From NCBI GenBank assembly GCA_900617105.1, contig UYFQ01000268.1, positions 1 through 64,000 on the forward strand: a stretch of DNA of 64,000 nucleotides. Direction: 5' to 3'. The notes under the pieces were generated by a model that worked only from the letters and a program-made list of their open reading frames with translations, did not search any database and was not told the DNA's origin. Made by a program: the position numbers and the translations under genes. This DNA is from Hydrurus foetidus (lineage: Eukaryota). Each line of letters opens with the position of its first letter. Within the stretch, counting starts at the first letter, position 1. This document shows positions 11,891 through 26,800 of the stretch, in pieces.

Positions 11891-14800
11891 GTTCGAACGT
11901 GTTATCTTTTGAAGATTTTTAGCCTAATTTTTTGCCCTTTTCTAAGGAAATTTTATGTTTTTTTAGTCAGTAAGAATCTGACATAATTACGTTTTCTACC
12001 CTCGTACAACAGAATGAATCTGTTTTGTACAACCCCACCTTATCTTTCTACATCGAACCCCAAGTCTCGGCTAATTTTTCTTTTGTAATACTTTTTATGT
12101 TCACTTTTATTTTTCATATTTTCGATTTTGCAAATATTTCGATATTTTCTTTTTCGATTAAATTATATATTAAGCTTTGCAAAGAAATGGGGGCTCCGAT
12201 TTCGATTTCGATTTCGATTTCGATTTCGATTTAGTTTAGATTTAGCTGAAATTTTCTTAGAAAGAAAGATTAGTGGGGGTAATGTGATAGTACCGGGTCC
12301 AGGGTCCCGATCCTACCGAGTACCGACTCTACCGGATCCTACCGGGTACTACTACTGTACACTATAGTTAGGCTGTTGTATCGTCGAGGCCATCTGCAGC
12401 GTCCACGTAGAAGTTAACTAGCTTCTAGCCTAGCCGACCAGTAACTAAGCCTACCTTTCTCGACTCTCCCTTTCTCCATTTCCGTGACTATAATACAAAG
12501 AAACCGACATCGATGTCGTTCCATGTTAAATGGCTCAACTATGATAACTCACATAATACATGGGAGCCTTGGAAGAATCTCCGGCTCTGTGAAGCACTCC
12601 ATGTATACTTGCGGAATAATAACATGTCACGTTTTATTCCCAAGAATCTTGAGGGATCAACCAATGAGGTTTGAGTTCGAACGTGTTATCTTTTGAAGAT
12701 TTTTTAGCCTAATTTTTTGCCCTTTTCTAAGGAAATTTTATGTTTTTTTAGTCAGTAAGAATCTGACATAATTACGTTTTCTACCCTCGTACAACAGAAT
12801 GAATCTGTTTTGTACAACCCCACCTTATCTTTCTACATCGAACCCCAAGTCTCGGCTAATTTTTCTTTTGTAATACTTTTTATGTTCACTTTTATTTTTC
12901 ATATTTTCGATTTTGCAAATATTTCGATATTTTCTTTTTCGATTAAATTATATATTAAGCTTTGCAAAGAAATGGGGGCTCCGATTTCGATTTCGATTTC
13001 GATTTCGATTTCGATTTCGATTTCGATTTCGATTTCGATTTCGATTTCGATTTAGTTTAGATTTAGCTGAAATTTTCTTAGAAAGAAAGATTAGTGGGGG
13101 TAATGTGATAGTACCGGGTCCAGGGTCCCGATCCTACCGAGTACCGACTCTACCGGATCCTACCGGGTACTACTACTGTACACTATAGTTAGGCTGTTGT
13201 ATCGTCGAGGCCATCTGCAGCGTCCACGTAGAAGTTAACTAGCTTCTAGCCTAGCCGACCAGTAACTAAGCCTACCTTTCTCGACTCTCCCTTTCTCCAT
13301 TTCCGTGACTATAATACAAAGAAACCGACATCGATGTCGTTCCATGTTAAATGGCTCAACTATGATAACTCACATAATACATGGGAGCCTTGGAAGAATC
13401 TCCGGCTCTGTGAAGCACTCCATGTATACTTGCGGAATAATAACATGTCACGTTTTATTCCCAAGAATCTTGAGGGATCAACCAATGAGGTTTGAGTTCG
13501 AACGTGTTATCTTTTGAAGATTTTTCAGCCTAATTTTTTGCCCTTTTCTAAGGAAATTTTATGTTTTTTTAGTCAGTAAGAATCTGACATAATTACGTTT
13601 TCTACCCTCGTACAACAGAATGAATCTGTTTTGTACAACCCCACCTTATCTTTCTACATCGAACCCCAAGTCTCGGCTAATTTTTCTTTTGTAATACTTT
13701 TTATGTTCACTTTTATTTTTCATATTTTCGATTTTGCAAATATTTCGATATTTTCTTTTTCGATTAAATTATATATTAAGCTTTGCAAAGAAATGGGGGC
13801 TCCGATTTCGATTTCGATTTCGATTTCGATTTAGTTTAGATTTAGCTGAAATTTTCTTAGAAAGAAAGATTAGTGGGGGTAATGTGATAGTACCGGGTCC
13901 AGGGTCCCGATCCTACCAGGTACCGACTCTACCGGATCCTACCGGGTACTACTACTGTACACTATAGTTAGGCTGTTGTATCGTCGAGGCCATCTGCAGC
14001 GTCCACGTAGAAGTTAACTAGCTTCTAGCCTAGCCGACCAGTAACTAAGCCTACCTTTCTCGACTCTCCCTTTCTCCATTTCCGTGACTATAATACAAAG
14101 AAACCGACATCGATGTCGTTCCATGTTAAATGGCTCAACTATGATAACTCACATAATACATGGGAGCCTTGGAAGAATCTCCGGCTCTGTGAAGCACTCC
14201 ATGTATACTTGCGGAATAATAACATGTCACGTTTTATTCCCAAGAATCTTGAGGGATCAACCAATGAGGTTTGAGTTCGAACGTGTTATCTTTTGAAGAT
14301 TTTTTAGCCTAATTTTTTGCCCTTTTCTAAGGAAATTTTATGTTTTTTTAGTCAGTAAGAATCTGACATAATTACGTTTTCTACCCTCGTACAACAGAAT
14401 GAATCTGTTTTGTACAACCCCACCTTATCTTTCTACATCGAACCCCAAGTCTCGGCTAATTTTTCTTTTGTAATACTTTTTATGTTCACTTTTATTTTTC
14501 ATATTTTCGATTTTGCAAATATTTCGATATTTTCTTTTTCGATTAAATTATATATTAAGCTTTGCAAAGAAATGGGGGCTCCGATTTCGATTTCGATCTC
14601 GATTTCGATTTCGATTTCGATTTCGATTTAGTTTAGATTTAGTTTAGATTTAGCTGAAATTTTCTTAGAAAGAAAGATTAGTGGGGGTAATGTGATAGTA
14701 CCGGGTCCAGGGTCCCGATCCTACCAGGTACCGACTCTACCGGATCCTACCGGGTACTACTACTGTACACTATAGTTAGGCTGTTGTATCGTCGAGGCCA

Positions 14801-17800
14801 TCTGCAGCGTTCACGTAGAAGTTAACTAGCTTCTAGCCTAGCCGACCAGTAACTAAGCCTACCTTTCTCGACTCTCCCTTTCTCCATTTCCGTGACTATA
14901 ATACAAAGAAACCGACATCGATGTCGTTCCATGTTAAATGGCTCAACTATGATAACTCACATAATACATGGGAGCCTTGGAAGAATCTCCGGCTCTGTGA
15001 AGCACTCCATGTATACTTGCGGAATAATAACATGTCACGTTTTATTCCCAAGAATCTTGAGGGATCAACCAATGAGGTTTGAGTTCGAACGTGTTATCTT
15101 TTGAAGATTTTTCAGCCTAATTTTTTGCCCTTTTCTAAGGAAATTTTATGTTTTTTTAGTCAGTAAGAATCTGACATAATTACGTTTTCTACCCTCGTAC
15201 AACAGAATGAATCTGTTTTGTACAACCCCACCTTATCTTTCTACATCGAACCCCAAGTCTCGGCTAATTTTTCTTTTGTAATACTTTTTATGTTCACTTT
15301 TATTTTTCATATTTTCGATTTTGCAAATATTTCGATATTTTCTTTTTCGATTAAATTATATATTAAGCTTTGCAAAGAAATGGGGGCTCCGATTTCGATT
15401 TCGATTTCGATTTCGATTTCGATTTCGATTTCGATTTCGATTTAGTTTAGATTTAGCTGAAATTTTCTTAGAAAGAAAGATTAGTGGGGGTAATGTGATA
15501 GTACCGGGTCCAGGGTCCCGATCCTACCGAGTACCGACTCTACCGGATCCTACCGGGTACTACTACTGTACACTATAGTTAGGCTGTTGTATCGTCGAGG
15601 CCATCTGCAGCGTCCACGTAGAAGTTAACTAGCTTCTAGCCTAGCCGACCAGTAACTAAGCCTACCTTTCTCGACTCTCCCTTTCTCCATTTCCGTGACT
15701 ATAATACAAAGAAACCGACATCGATGTCGTTCCATGTTAAATGGCTCAACTATGATAACTCACATAATACATGGGAGCCTTGGAAGAATCTCCGGCTCTG
15801 TGAAGCACTCCATGTATACTTGCGGAATAATAACATGTCACGTTTTATTCCCAAGAATCTTGAGGGATCAACCAATGAGGTTTGAGTTCGAACGTGTTAT
15901 CTTTTGAAGATTTTTAGCCTAATTTTTTGCCCTTTTCTAAGGAAATTTTATGTTTTTTTAGTCAGTAAGAATCTGACATAATTACGTTTTCTACCCTCGT
16001 ACAACAGAATGAATCTGTTTTGTACAACCCCACCTTATCTTTCTACATCGAACCCCAAGTCTCGGCTAATTTTTCTTTTGTAATACTTTTTATGTTCACT
16101 TTTATTTTTCATATTTTCGATTTTGCAAATATTTCGATATTTTCTTTTTCGATTAAATTATATATTAAGCTTTGCAAAGAAATGGGGGCTCCGATTTCGA
16201 TTTCGATTTCGATTTCGATTTCGATTTCGATTTCGATTTCGATTTCGATTTAGTTTAGATTTAGCTGAAATTTTCTTAGAAAGAAAGATTAGTGGGGGTA
16301 ATGTGATAGTACCGGGTCCAGGGTCCCGATCCTACCAGGTACCGACTCTACCGGATCCTACCGGGTACTACTACTGTACACTATAGTTAGGCTGTTGTAT
16401 CGTCGAGGCCATCTGCAGCGTCCACGTAGAAGTTAACTAGCTTCTAGCCTAGCCGACCAGTAACTAAGCCTACCTTTCTCGACTCTCCCTTTCTCCATTT
16501 CCGTGACTATAATACAAAGAAACCGACATCGATGTCGTTCCATGTTAAATGGCTCAACTATGATAACTCACATAATACATGGGAGCCTTGGAAGAATCTC
16601 CGGCTCTGTGAAGCACTCCATGTATACTTGCGGAATAATAACATGTCACGTTTTATTCCCAAGAATCTTGAGGGATCAACCAATGAGGTTTGAGTTCGAA
16701 CGTGTTATCTTTTGAAGATTTTTTAGCCTAATTTTTTGCCCTTTTCTAAGGAAATTTTATGTTTTTTTAGTCAGTAAGAATCTGACATAATTACGTTTTC
16801 TACCCTCGTACAACAGAATGAATCTGTTTTGTACAACCCCACCTTATCTTTCTACATCGAACCCCAAGTCTCGGCTAATTTTTCTTTTGTAATACTTTTT
16901 ATGTTCACTTTTATTTTTCATATTTTCGATTTTGCAAATATTTCGATATTTTCTTTTTCGATTAAATTATATATTAAGCTTTGCAAAGAAATGGGGGCTC
17001 CGATTTCGATTTCGATTTCGATTTCGATCTCGATTTAGTTTAGATTTAGTTTAGATTTAGCTGAAATTTTCTTAGAAAGAAAGATTAGTGGGGGTAATGT
17101 GATAGTACCGGGTCCAGGGTCCCGATCCTACCGAGTACCGACTCTACCGGATCCTACCGGGTACTACTACTGTACACTATAGTTAGGCTGTTGTATCGTC
17201 GAGGCCATCTGCAGCGTTCACGTAGAAGTTAACTAGCTTCTAGCCTAGCCGACCAGTAACTAAGCCTACCTTTCTCGACTCTCCCTTTCTCCATTTCCGT
17301 GACTATAATACAAAGAAACCGACATCGATGTCGTTCCATGTTAAATGGCTCAACTATGATAACTCACATAATACATGGGAGCCTTGGAAGAATCTCCGGC
17401 TCTGTGAAGCACTCCATGTATACTTGCGGAATAATAACATGTCACGTTTTATTCCCAAGAATCTTGAGGGATCAACCAATGAGGTTTGAGTTCGAACGTG
17501 TTATCTTTTGAAGATTTTTTAGCCTAATTTTTTGCCCTTTTCTAAGGAAATTTTATGTTTTTTTAGTCAGTAAGAATCTGACATAATTACGTTTTCTACC
17601 CTCGTACAACAGAATGAATCTGTTTTGTACAACCCCACCTTATCTTTCTACATCGAACCCCAAGTCTCGGCTAATTTTTCTTTTGTAATACTTTTTATGT
17701 TCACTTTTATTTTTCATATTTTCGATTTTGCAAATATTTCGATATTTTCTTTTTCGATTAAATTATATATTAAGCTTTGCAAAGAAATGGGGCTCCGATT

Positions 17801-20800
17801 TCGATTTCGATTTCGATTTCGATTTCGATTTCGATTTCGATTTAGTTTAGATTTAGCTGAAATTTTCTTAGAAAGAAAGATTAGTGGGGGTAATGTGATA
17901 GTACCGGGTCCAGGGTCCCGATCCTACCGAGTACCGACTCTACCGGATCCTACCGGGTACTACTACTGTACACTATAGTTAGGCTGTTGTATCGTCGAGG
18001 CCATCTGCAGCGTCCACGTAGAAGTTAACTAGCTTCTAGCCTAGCCGACCAGTAACTAAGCCTACCTTTCTCGACTCTCCCTTTCTCCATTTCCGTGACT
18101 ATAATACAAAGAAACCGACATCGATGTCGTTCCATGTTAAATGGCTCAACTATGATAACTCACATAATACATGGGAGCCTTGGAAGAATCTCCGGCTCTG
18201 TGAAGCACTCCATGTATACTTGCGGAATAATAACATGTCACGTTTTATTCCCAAGAATCTTGAGGGATCAACCAATGAGGTTTGAGTTCGAACGTGTTAT
18301 CTTTTGAAGATTTTTTAGCCTAATTTTTTGCCCTTTTCTAAGGAAATTTTATGTTTTTTTAGTCAGTAAGAATCTGACATAATTACGTTTTCTACCCTCG
18401 TACAACAGAATGAATCTGTTTTGTACAACCCCACCTTATCTTTCTACATCGAACCCCAAGTCTCGGCTAATTTTTCTTTTGTAATACTTTTTATGTTCAC
18501 TTTTATTTTTCATATTTTCGATTTTGCAAATATTTCGATATTTTCTTTTTCGATTAAATTATATATTAAGCTTTGCAAAGAAATGGGGGCTCCGATTTCG
18601 ATTTCGATTTCGATTTCGATTTCGATTTCGATTTCGATTTCGATTTCGATTTCGATTTCGATTTAGTTTAGATTTAGCTGAAATTTTCTTAGAAAGAAAG
18701 ATTAGTGGGGGTAATGTGATAGTACCGGGTCCAGGGTCCCGATCCTACCAGGTACCGACTCTACCGGATCCTACCGGGTACTACTACTGTACACTATAGT
18801 TAGGCTGTTGTATCGTCGAGGCCATCTGCAGCGTCCACGTAGAAGTTAACTAGCTTCTAGCCTAGCCGACCAGTAACTAAGCCTACCTTTCTCGACTCTC
18901 CCTTTCTCCATTTCCGTGACTATAATACAAAGAAACCGACATCGATGTCGTTCCATGTTAAATGGCTCAACTATGATAACTCACATAATACATGGGAGCC
19001 TTGGAAGAATCTCCGGCTCTGTGAAGCACTCCATGTATACTTGCGGAATAATAACATGTCACGTTTTATTCCCAAGAATCTTGAGGGATCAACCAATGAG
19101 GTTTGAGTTCGAACGTGTTATCTTTTGAAGATTTTTTAGCCTAATTTTTTGCCCTTTTCTAAGGAAATTTTATGTTTTTTTAGTCAGTAAGAATCTGACA
19201 TAATTACGTTTTCTACCCTCGTACAACAGAATGAATCTGTTTTGTACAACCCCACCTTATCTTTCTACATCGAACCCCAAGTCTCGGCTAATTTTTCTTT
19301 TGTAATACTTTTTATGTTCACTTTTATTTTTCATATTTTCGATTTTGCAAATATTTCGATATTTTCTTTTTCGATTAAATTATATATTAAGCTTTGCAAA
19401 GAAATGGGGGCTCCGATTTCGATTTCGATTTCGATTTCGATTTCGATTTCGATTTCGATTTCGATTTCGATTTAGTTTAGATTTAGCTGAAATTTTCTTA
19501 GAAAGAAAGATTAGTGGGGGTAATGTGATAGTACCGGGTCCAGGGTCCCGATCCTACCAGGTACCGACTCTACCGGATCCTACCGGGTACTACTACTGTA
19601 CACTATAGTTAGGCTGTTGTATCGTCGAGGCCATCTGCAGCGTTCACGTAGAAGTTAACTAGCTTCTAGCCTAGCCGACCAGTAACTAAGCCTACCTTTC
19701 TCGACTCTCCCTTTCTCCATTTCCGTGACTATAATACAAAGAAACCGACATCGATGTCGTTCCATGTTAAATGGCTCAACTATGATAACTCACATAATAC
19801 ATGGGAGCCTTGGAAGAATCTCCGGCTCTGTGAAGCACTCCATGTATACTTGCGGAATAATAACATGTCACGTTTTATTCCCAAGAATCTTGAGGGATCA
19901 ACCAATGAGGTTTGAGTTCGAACGTGTTATCTTTTGAAGATTTTTAGCCTAATTTTTGCCCTTTTCTAAGGAAATTTTATGTTTTTTTAGTCAGTAAGAA
20001 TCTGACATAATTACGTTTTCTACCCTCGTACAACAGAATGAATCTGTTTTGTACAACCCCACCTTATCTTTCTACATCGAACCCCAAGTCTCGGCTAATT
20101 TTTCTTTTGTAATACTTTTTATGTTCACTTTTATTTTTCATATTTTCGATTTTGCAAATATTTCGATATTTTCTTTTTCGATTAAATTATATATTAAGCT
20201 TTGCAAAGAAATGGGGGCTCCGATTTCGATTTCGATTTCGATTTCGATTTCGATTTCGATTTCGATTTCGATTTCGATTTCGATTTAGTTTAGATTTAGC
20301 TGAAATTTTCTTAGAAAGAAAGATTAGTGGGGGTAATGTGATAGTACCGGGTCCAGGGTCCCGATCCTACCAGGTACCGACTCTACCGGATCCTACCGGG
20401 TACTACTACTGTACACTATAGTTAGGCTGTTGTATCGTCGAGGCCATCTGCAGCGTCCACGTAGAAGTTAACTAGCTTCTAGCCTAGCCGACCAGTAACT
20501 AAGCCTACCTTTCTCGACTCTCCCTTTCTCCATTTCCGTGACTATAATACAAAGAAACCGACATCGATGTCGTTCCATGTTAAATGGCTCAACTATGATA
20601 ACTCACATAATACATGGGAGCCTTGGAAGAATCTCCGGCTCTGTGAAGCACTCCATGTATACTTGCGGAATAATAACATGTCACGTTTTATTCCCAAGAA
20701 TCTTGAGGGATCAACCAATGAGGTTTGAGTTCGAACGTGTTATCTTTTGAAGATTTTTTAGCCTAATTTTTTGCCCTTTTCTAAGGAAATTTTATGTTTT

Positions 20801-23800
20801 TTTAGTCAGTAAGAATCTGACATAATTACGTTTTCTACCCTCGTACAACAGAATGAATCTGTTTTGTACAACCCCACCTTATCTTTCTACATCGAACCCC
20901 AAGTCTCGGCTAATTTTTCTTTTGTAATACTTTTTATGTTCACTTTTATTTTTCATATTTTCGATTTTGCAAATATTTCGATATTTTCTTTTTCGATTAA
21001 ATTATATATTAAGCTTTGCAAAGAAATGGGGGCTCCGATTTCGATTTCGATTTCGATTTCGATTTCGATTTCGATTTCGATTTCGATTTCGATTTCGATT
21101 TAGTTTAGATTTAGCTGAAATTTTCTTAGAAAGAAAGATTAGTGGGGGTAATGTGATAGTACCGGGTCCAGGGTCCCGATCCTACCGAGTACCGACTCTA
21201 CCGGATCCTACCGGGTACTACTACTGTACACTATAGTTAGGCTGTTGTATCGTCGAGGCCATCTGCAGCGTTCACGTAGAAGTTAACTAGCTTCTAGCCT
21301 AGCCGACCAGTAACTAAGCCTACCTTTCTCGACTCTCCCTTTCTCCATTTCCGTGACTATAATACAAAGAAACCGACATCGATGTCGTTCCATGTTAAAT
21401 GGCTCAACTATGATAACTCACATAATACATGGGAGCCTTGGAAGAATCTCCGGCTCTGTGAAGCACTCCATGTATACTTGCGGAATAATAACATGTCACG
21501 TTTTATTCCCAAGAATCTTGAGGGATCAACCAATGAGGTTTGAGTTCGAACGTGTTATCTTTTGAAGATTTTTTAGCCTAATTTTTTGCCCTTTTCTAAG
21601 GAAATTTTATGTTTTTTTAGTCAGTAAGAATCTGACATAATTACGTTTTCTACCCTCGTACAACAGAATGAATCTGTTTTGTACAACCCCACCTTATCTT
21701 TCTACATCGAACCCCAAGTCTCGGCTAATTTTTCTTTTGTAATACTTTTTATGTTCACTTTTATTTTTCATATTTTCGATTTTGCAAATATTTCGATATT
21801 TTCTTTTTCGATTAAATTATATATTAAGCTTTGCAAAGAAATGGGGGCTCCGATTTCGATTTCGATTTCGATTTCGATTTCGATTTCGATTTCGATTTCG
21901 ATTTCGATTTAGTTTAGATTTAGCTGAAATTTTCTTAGAAAGAAAGATTAGTGGGGGTAATGTGATAGTACCGGGTCCAGGGTCCCGATCCTACCAGGTA
22001 CCGACTCTACCGGATCCTACCGGGTACTACTACTGTACACTATAGTTAGGCTGTTGTATCGTCGAGGCCATCTGCAGCGTCCACGTAGAAGTTAACTAGC
22101 TTCTAGCCTAGCCGACCAGTAACTAAGCCTACCTTTCTCGACTCTCCCTTTCTCCATTTCCGTGACTATAATACAAAGAAACCGACATCGATGTCGTTCC
22201 ATGTTAAATGGCTCAACTATGATAACTCACATAATACATGGGAGCCTTGGAAGAATCTCCGGCTCTGTGAAGCACTCCATGTATACTTGCGGAATAATAA
22301 CATGTCACGTTTTATTCCCAAGAATCTTGAGGGATCAACCAATGAGGTTTGAGTTCGAACGTGTTATCTTTTGAAGATTTTTCAGCCTAATTTTTTGCCC
22401 TTTTCTAAGGAAATTTTATGTTTTTTTAGTCAGTAAGAATCTGACATAATTACGTTTTCTACCCTCGTACAACAGAATGAATCTGTTTTGTACAACCCCA
22501 CCTTATCTTTCTACATCGAACCCCAAGTCTCGGCTAATTTTTCTTTTGTAATACTTTTTATGTTCACTTTTATTTTTCATATTTTCGATTTTGCAAATAT
22601 TTCGATATTTTCTTTTTCGATTAAATTATATATTAAGCTTTGCAAAGAAATGGGGGCTCCGATTTCGATTTCGATTTCGATTTCGATTTCGATTTAGTTT
22701 AGATTTAGCTGAAATTTTCTTAGAAAGAAAGATTAGTGGGGGTAATGTGATAGTACCGGGTCCAGGGTCCCGATCCTACCAGGTACCGACTCTACCGGAT
22801 CCTACCGGGTACTACTACTGTACACTATAGTTAGGCTGTTGTATCGTCGAGGCCATCTGCAGCGTTCACGTAGAAGTTAACTAGCTTCTAGCCTAGCCGA
22901 CCAGTAACTAAGCCTACCTTTCTCGACTCTCCCTTTCTCCATTTCCGTGACTATAATACAAAGAAACCGACATCGATGTCGTTCCATGTTAAATGGCTCA
23001 ACTATGATAACTCACATAATACATGGGAGCCTTGGAAGAATCTCCGGCTCTGTGAAGCACTCCATGTATACTTGCGGAATAATAACATGTCACGTTTTAT
23101 TCCCAAGAATCTTGAGGGATCAACCAATGAGGTTTGAGTTCGAACGTGTTATCTTTTGAAGATTTTTAGCCTAATTTTTTGCCCTTTTCTAAGGAAATTT
23201 TATGTTTTTTTAGTCAGTAAGAATCTGACATAATTACGTTTTCTACCCTCGTACAACAGAATGAATCTGTTTTGTACAACCCCACCTTATCTTTCTACAT
23301 CGAACCCCAAGTCTCGGCTAATTTTTCTTTTGTAATACTTTTTATGTTCACTTTTATTTTTCATATTTTCGATTTTGCAAATATTTCGATATTTTCTTTT
23401 TCGATTAAATTATATATTAAGCTTTGCAAAGAAATGGGGGCTCCGATTTCGATTTCGATTTCGATTTCGATTTCGATTTCGATTTCGATTTAGATTTAGC
23501 TGAAATTTTCTTAGAAAGAAAGATTAGTGGGGGTAATGTGATAGTACCGGGTCCAGGGTCCCGATCCTACCAGGTACCGACTCTACCGGATCCTACCGGG
23601 TACTACTACTGTACACTATAGTTAGGCTGTTGTATCGTCGAGGCCATCTGCAGCGTTCACGTAGAAGTTAACTAGCTTCTAGCCTAGCCGACCAGTAACT
23701 AAGCCTACCTTTCTCGACTCTCCCTTTCTCCATTTCCGTGACTATAATACAAAGAAACCGACATCGATGTCGTTCCATGTTAAATGGCTCAACTATGATA

Positions 23801-26800
23801 ACTCACATAATACATGGGAGCCTTGGAAGAATCTCCGGCTCTGTGAAGCACTCCATGTATACTTGCGGAATAATAACATGTCACGTTTTATTCCCAAGAA
23901 TCTTGAGGGATCAACCAATGAGGTTTGAGTTCGAACGTGTTATCTTTTGAAGATTTTTTAGCCTAATTTTTTGCCCTTTTCTAAGGAAATTTTATGTTTT
24001 TTTAGTCAGTAAGAATCTGACATAATTACGTTTTCTACCCTCGTACAACAGAATGAATCTGTTTTGTACAACCCCACCTTATCTTTCTACATCGAACCCC
24101 AAGTCTCGGCTAATTTTTCTTTTGTAATACTTTTTATGTTCACTTTTATTTTTCATATTTTCGATTTTGCAAATATTTCGATATTTTCTTTTTCGATTAA
24201 ATTATATATTAAGCTTTGCAAAGAAATGGGGGCTCCGATTTCGATTTCGATTTCGATTTCGATTTCGATTTAGATTTAGATTTAGCTGAAATTTTCTTAG
24301 AAAGAAAGATTAGTGGGGGTAATGTGATAGTACCGGGTCCAGGGTCCCGATCCTACCGAGTACCGACTCTACCGGATCCTACCGGGTACTACTACTGTAC
24401 ACTATAGTTAGGCTGTTGTATCGTCGAGGCCATCTGCAGCGTCCACGTAGAAGTTAACTAGCTTCTAGCCTAGCCGACCAGTAACTAAGCCTACCTTTCT
24501 CGACTCTCCCTTTCTCCATTTCCGTGACTATAATACAAAGAAACCGACATCGATGTCGTTCCATGTTAAATGGCTCAACTATGATAACTCACATAATACA
24601 TGGGAGCCTTGGAAGAATCTCCGGCTCTGTGAAGCACTCCATGTATACTTGCGGAATAATAACATGTCACGTTTTATTCCCAAGAATCTTGAGGGATCAA
24701 CCAATGAGGTTTGAGTTCGAACGTGTTATCTTTTGAAGATTTTTTAGCCTAATTTTTTGCCCTTTTCTAAGGAAATTTTATGTTTTTTTAGTCAGTAAGA
24801 ATCTGACATAATTACGTTTTCTACCCTCGTACAACAGAATGAATCTGTTTTGTACAACCCCACCTTATCTTTCTACATCGAACCCCAAGTCTCGGCTAAT
24901 TTTTCTTTTGTAATACTTTTTATGTTCACTTTTATTTTTCATATTTTCGATTTTGCAAATATTTCGATATTTTCTTTTTCGATTAAATTATATATTAAGC
25001 TTTGCAAAGAAATGGGGGCTCCGATTTCGATTTCGATTTCGATTTCGATTTCGATTTCGATTTCGATTTAGTTTAGATTTAGCTGAAATTTTCTTAGAAA
25101 GAAAGATTAGTGGGGGTAATGTGATAGTACCGGGTCCAGGGTCCCGATCCTACCGAGTACCGACTCTACCGGATCCTACCGGGTACTACTACTGTACACT
25201 ATAGTTAGGCTGTTGTATCGTCGAGGCCATCTGCAGCGTTCACGTAGAAGTTAACTAGCTTCTAGCCTAGCCGACCAGTAACTAAGCCTACCTTTCTCGA
25301 CTCTCCCTTTCTCCATTTCCGTGACTATAATACAAAGAAACCGACATCGATGTCGTTCCATGTTAAATGGCTCAACTATGATAACTCACATAATACATGG
25401 GAGCCTTGGAAGAATCTCCGGCTCTGTGAAGCACTCCATGTATACTTGCGGAATAATAACATGTCACGTTTTATTCCCAAGAATCTTGAGGGATCAACCA
25501 ATGAGGTTTGAGTTCGAACGTGTTATCTTTTGAAGATTTTTAGCCTAATTTTTTGCCCTTTTCTAAGGAAATTTTATGTTTTTTTAGTCAGTAAGAATCT
25601 GACATAATTACGTTTTCTACCCTCGTACAACAGAATGAATCTGTTTTGTACAACCCCACCTTATCTTTCTACATCGAACCCCAAGTCTCGGCTAATTTTT
25701 CTTTTGTAATACTTTTTATGTTCACTTTTATTTTTCATATTTTCGATTTTGCAAATATTTCGATATTTTCTTTTTCGATTAAATTATATATTAAGCTTTG
25801 CAAAGAAATGGGGCTCCGATTTCGATTTCGATTCGATCGATTTCGATTTCGATTTCGATTTCGATTTCGATTTCGATTTAGTTTAGATTTAGCTGAAATT
25901 TTCTTAGAAAGAAAGATTAGTGGGGGTAATGTGATAGTACCGGGTCCAGGGTCCCGATCCTACCAGGTACCGACTCTACCGGATCCTACCGGGTACTACT
26001 ACTGTACACTATAGTTAGGCTGTTGTATCGTCGAGGCCATCTGCAGCGTTCACGTAGAAGTTAACTAGCTTCTAGCCTAGCCGACCAGTAACTAAGCCTA
26101 CCTTTCTCGACTCTCCCTTTCTCCATTTCCGTGACTATAATACAAAGAAACCGACATCGATGTCGTTCCATGTTAAATGGCTCAACTATGATAACTCACA
26201 TAATACATGGGAGCCTTGGAAGAATCTCCGGCTCTGTGAAGCACTCCATGTATACTTGCGGAATAATAACATGTCACGTTTTATTCCCAAGAATCTTGAG
26301 GGATCAACCAATGAGGTTTGAGTTCGAACGTGTTATCTTTTGAAGATTTTTTAGCCTAATTTTTTGCCCTTTTCTAAGGAAATTTTATGTTTTTTTAGTC
26401 AGTAAGAATCTGACATAATTACGTTTTCTACCCTCGTACAACAGAATGAATCTGTTTTGTACAACCCCACCTTATCTTTCTACATCGAACCCCAAGTCTC
26501 GGCTAATTTTTCTTTTGTAATACTTTTTATGTTCACTTTTATTTTTCATATTTTCGATTTTGCAAATATTTCGATATTTTCTTTTTCGATTAAATTATAT
26601 ATTAAGCTTTGCAAAGAAACGGGGGCTCCGATTTCGATTTCGATTTCGATTTCGATTTCGATTTCGATTCGATTTCGATTTCGATTTCAATTCTGATTTA
26701 GTTTAGATTTAGCTGAAATTTTCTTAGAAAGAAAGATTAGTGGGGGTAATGTGATAGTACCGGGTCCAGGGTCCCGATCCTACCAGGTACCGACTCTACC

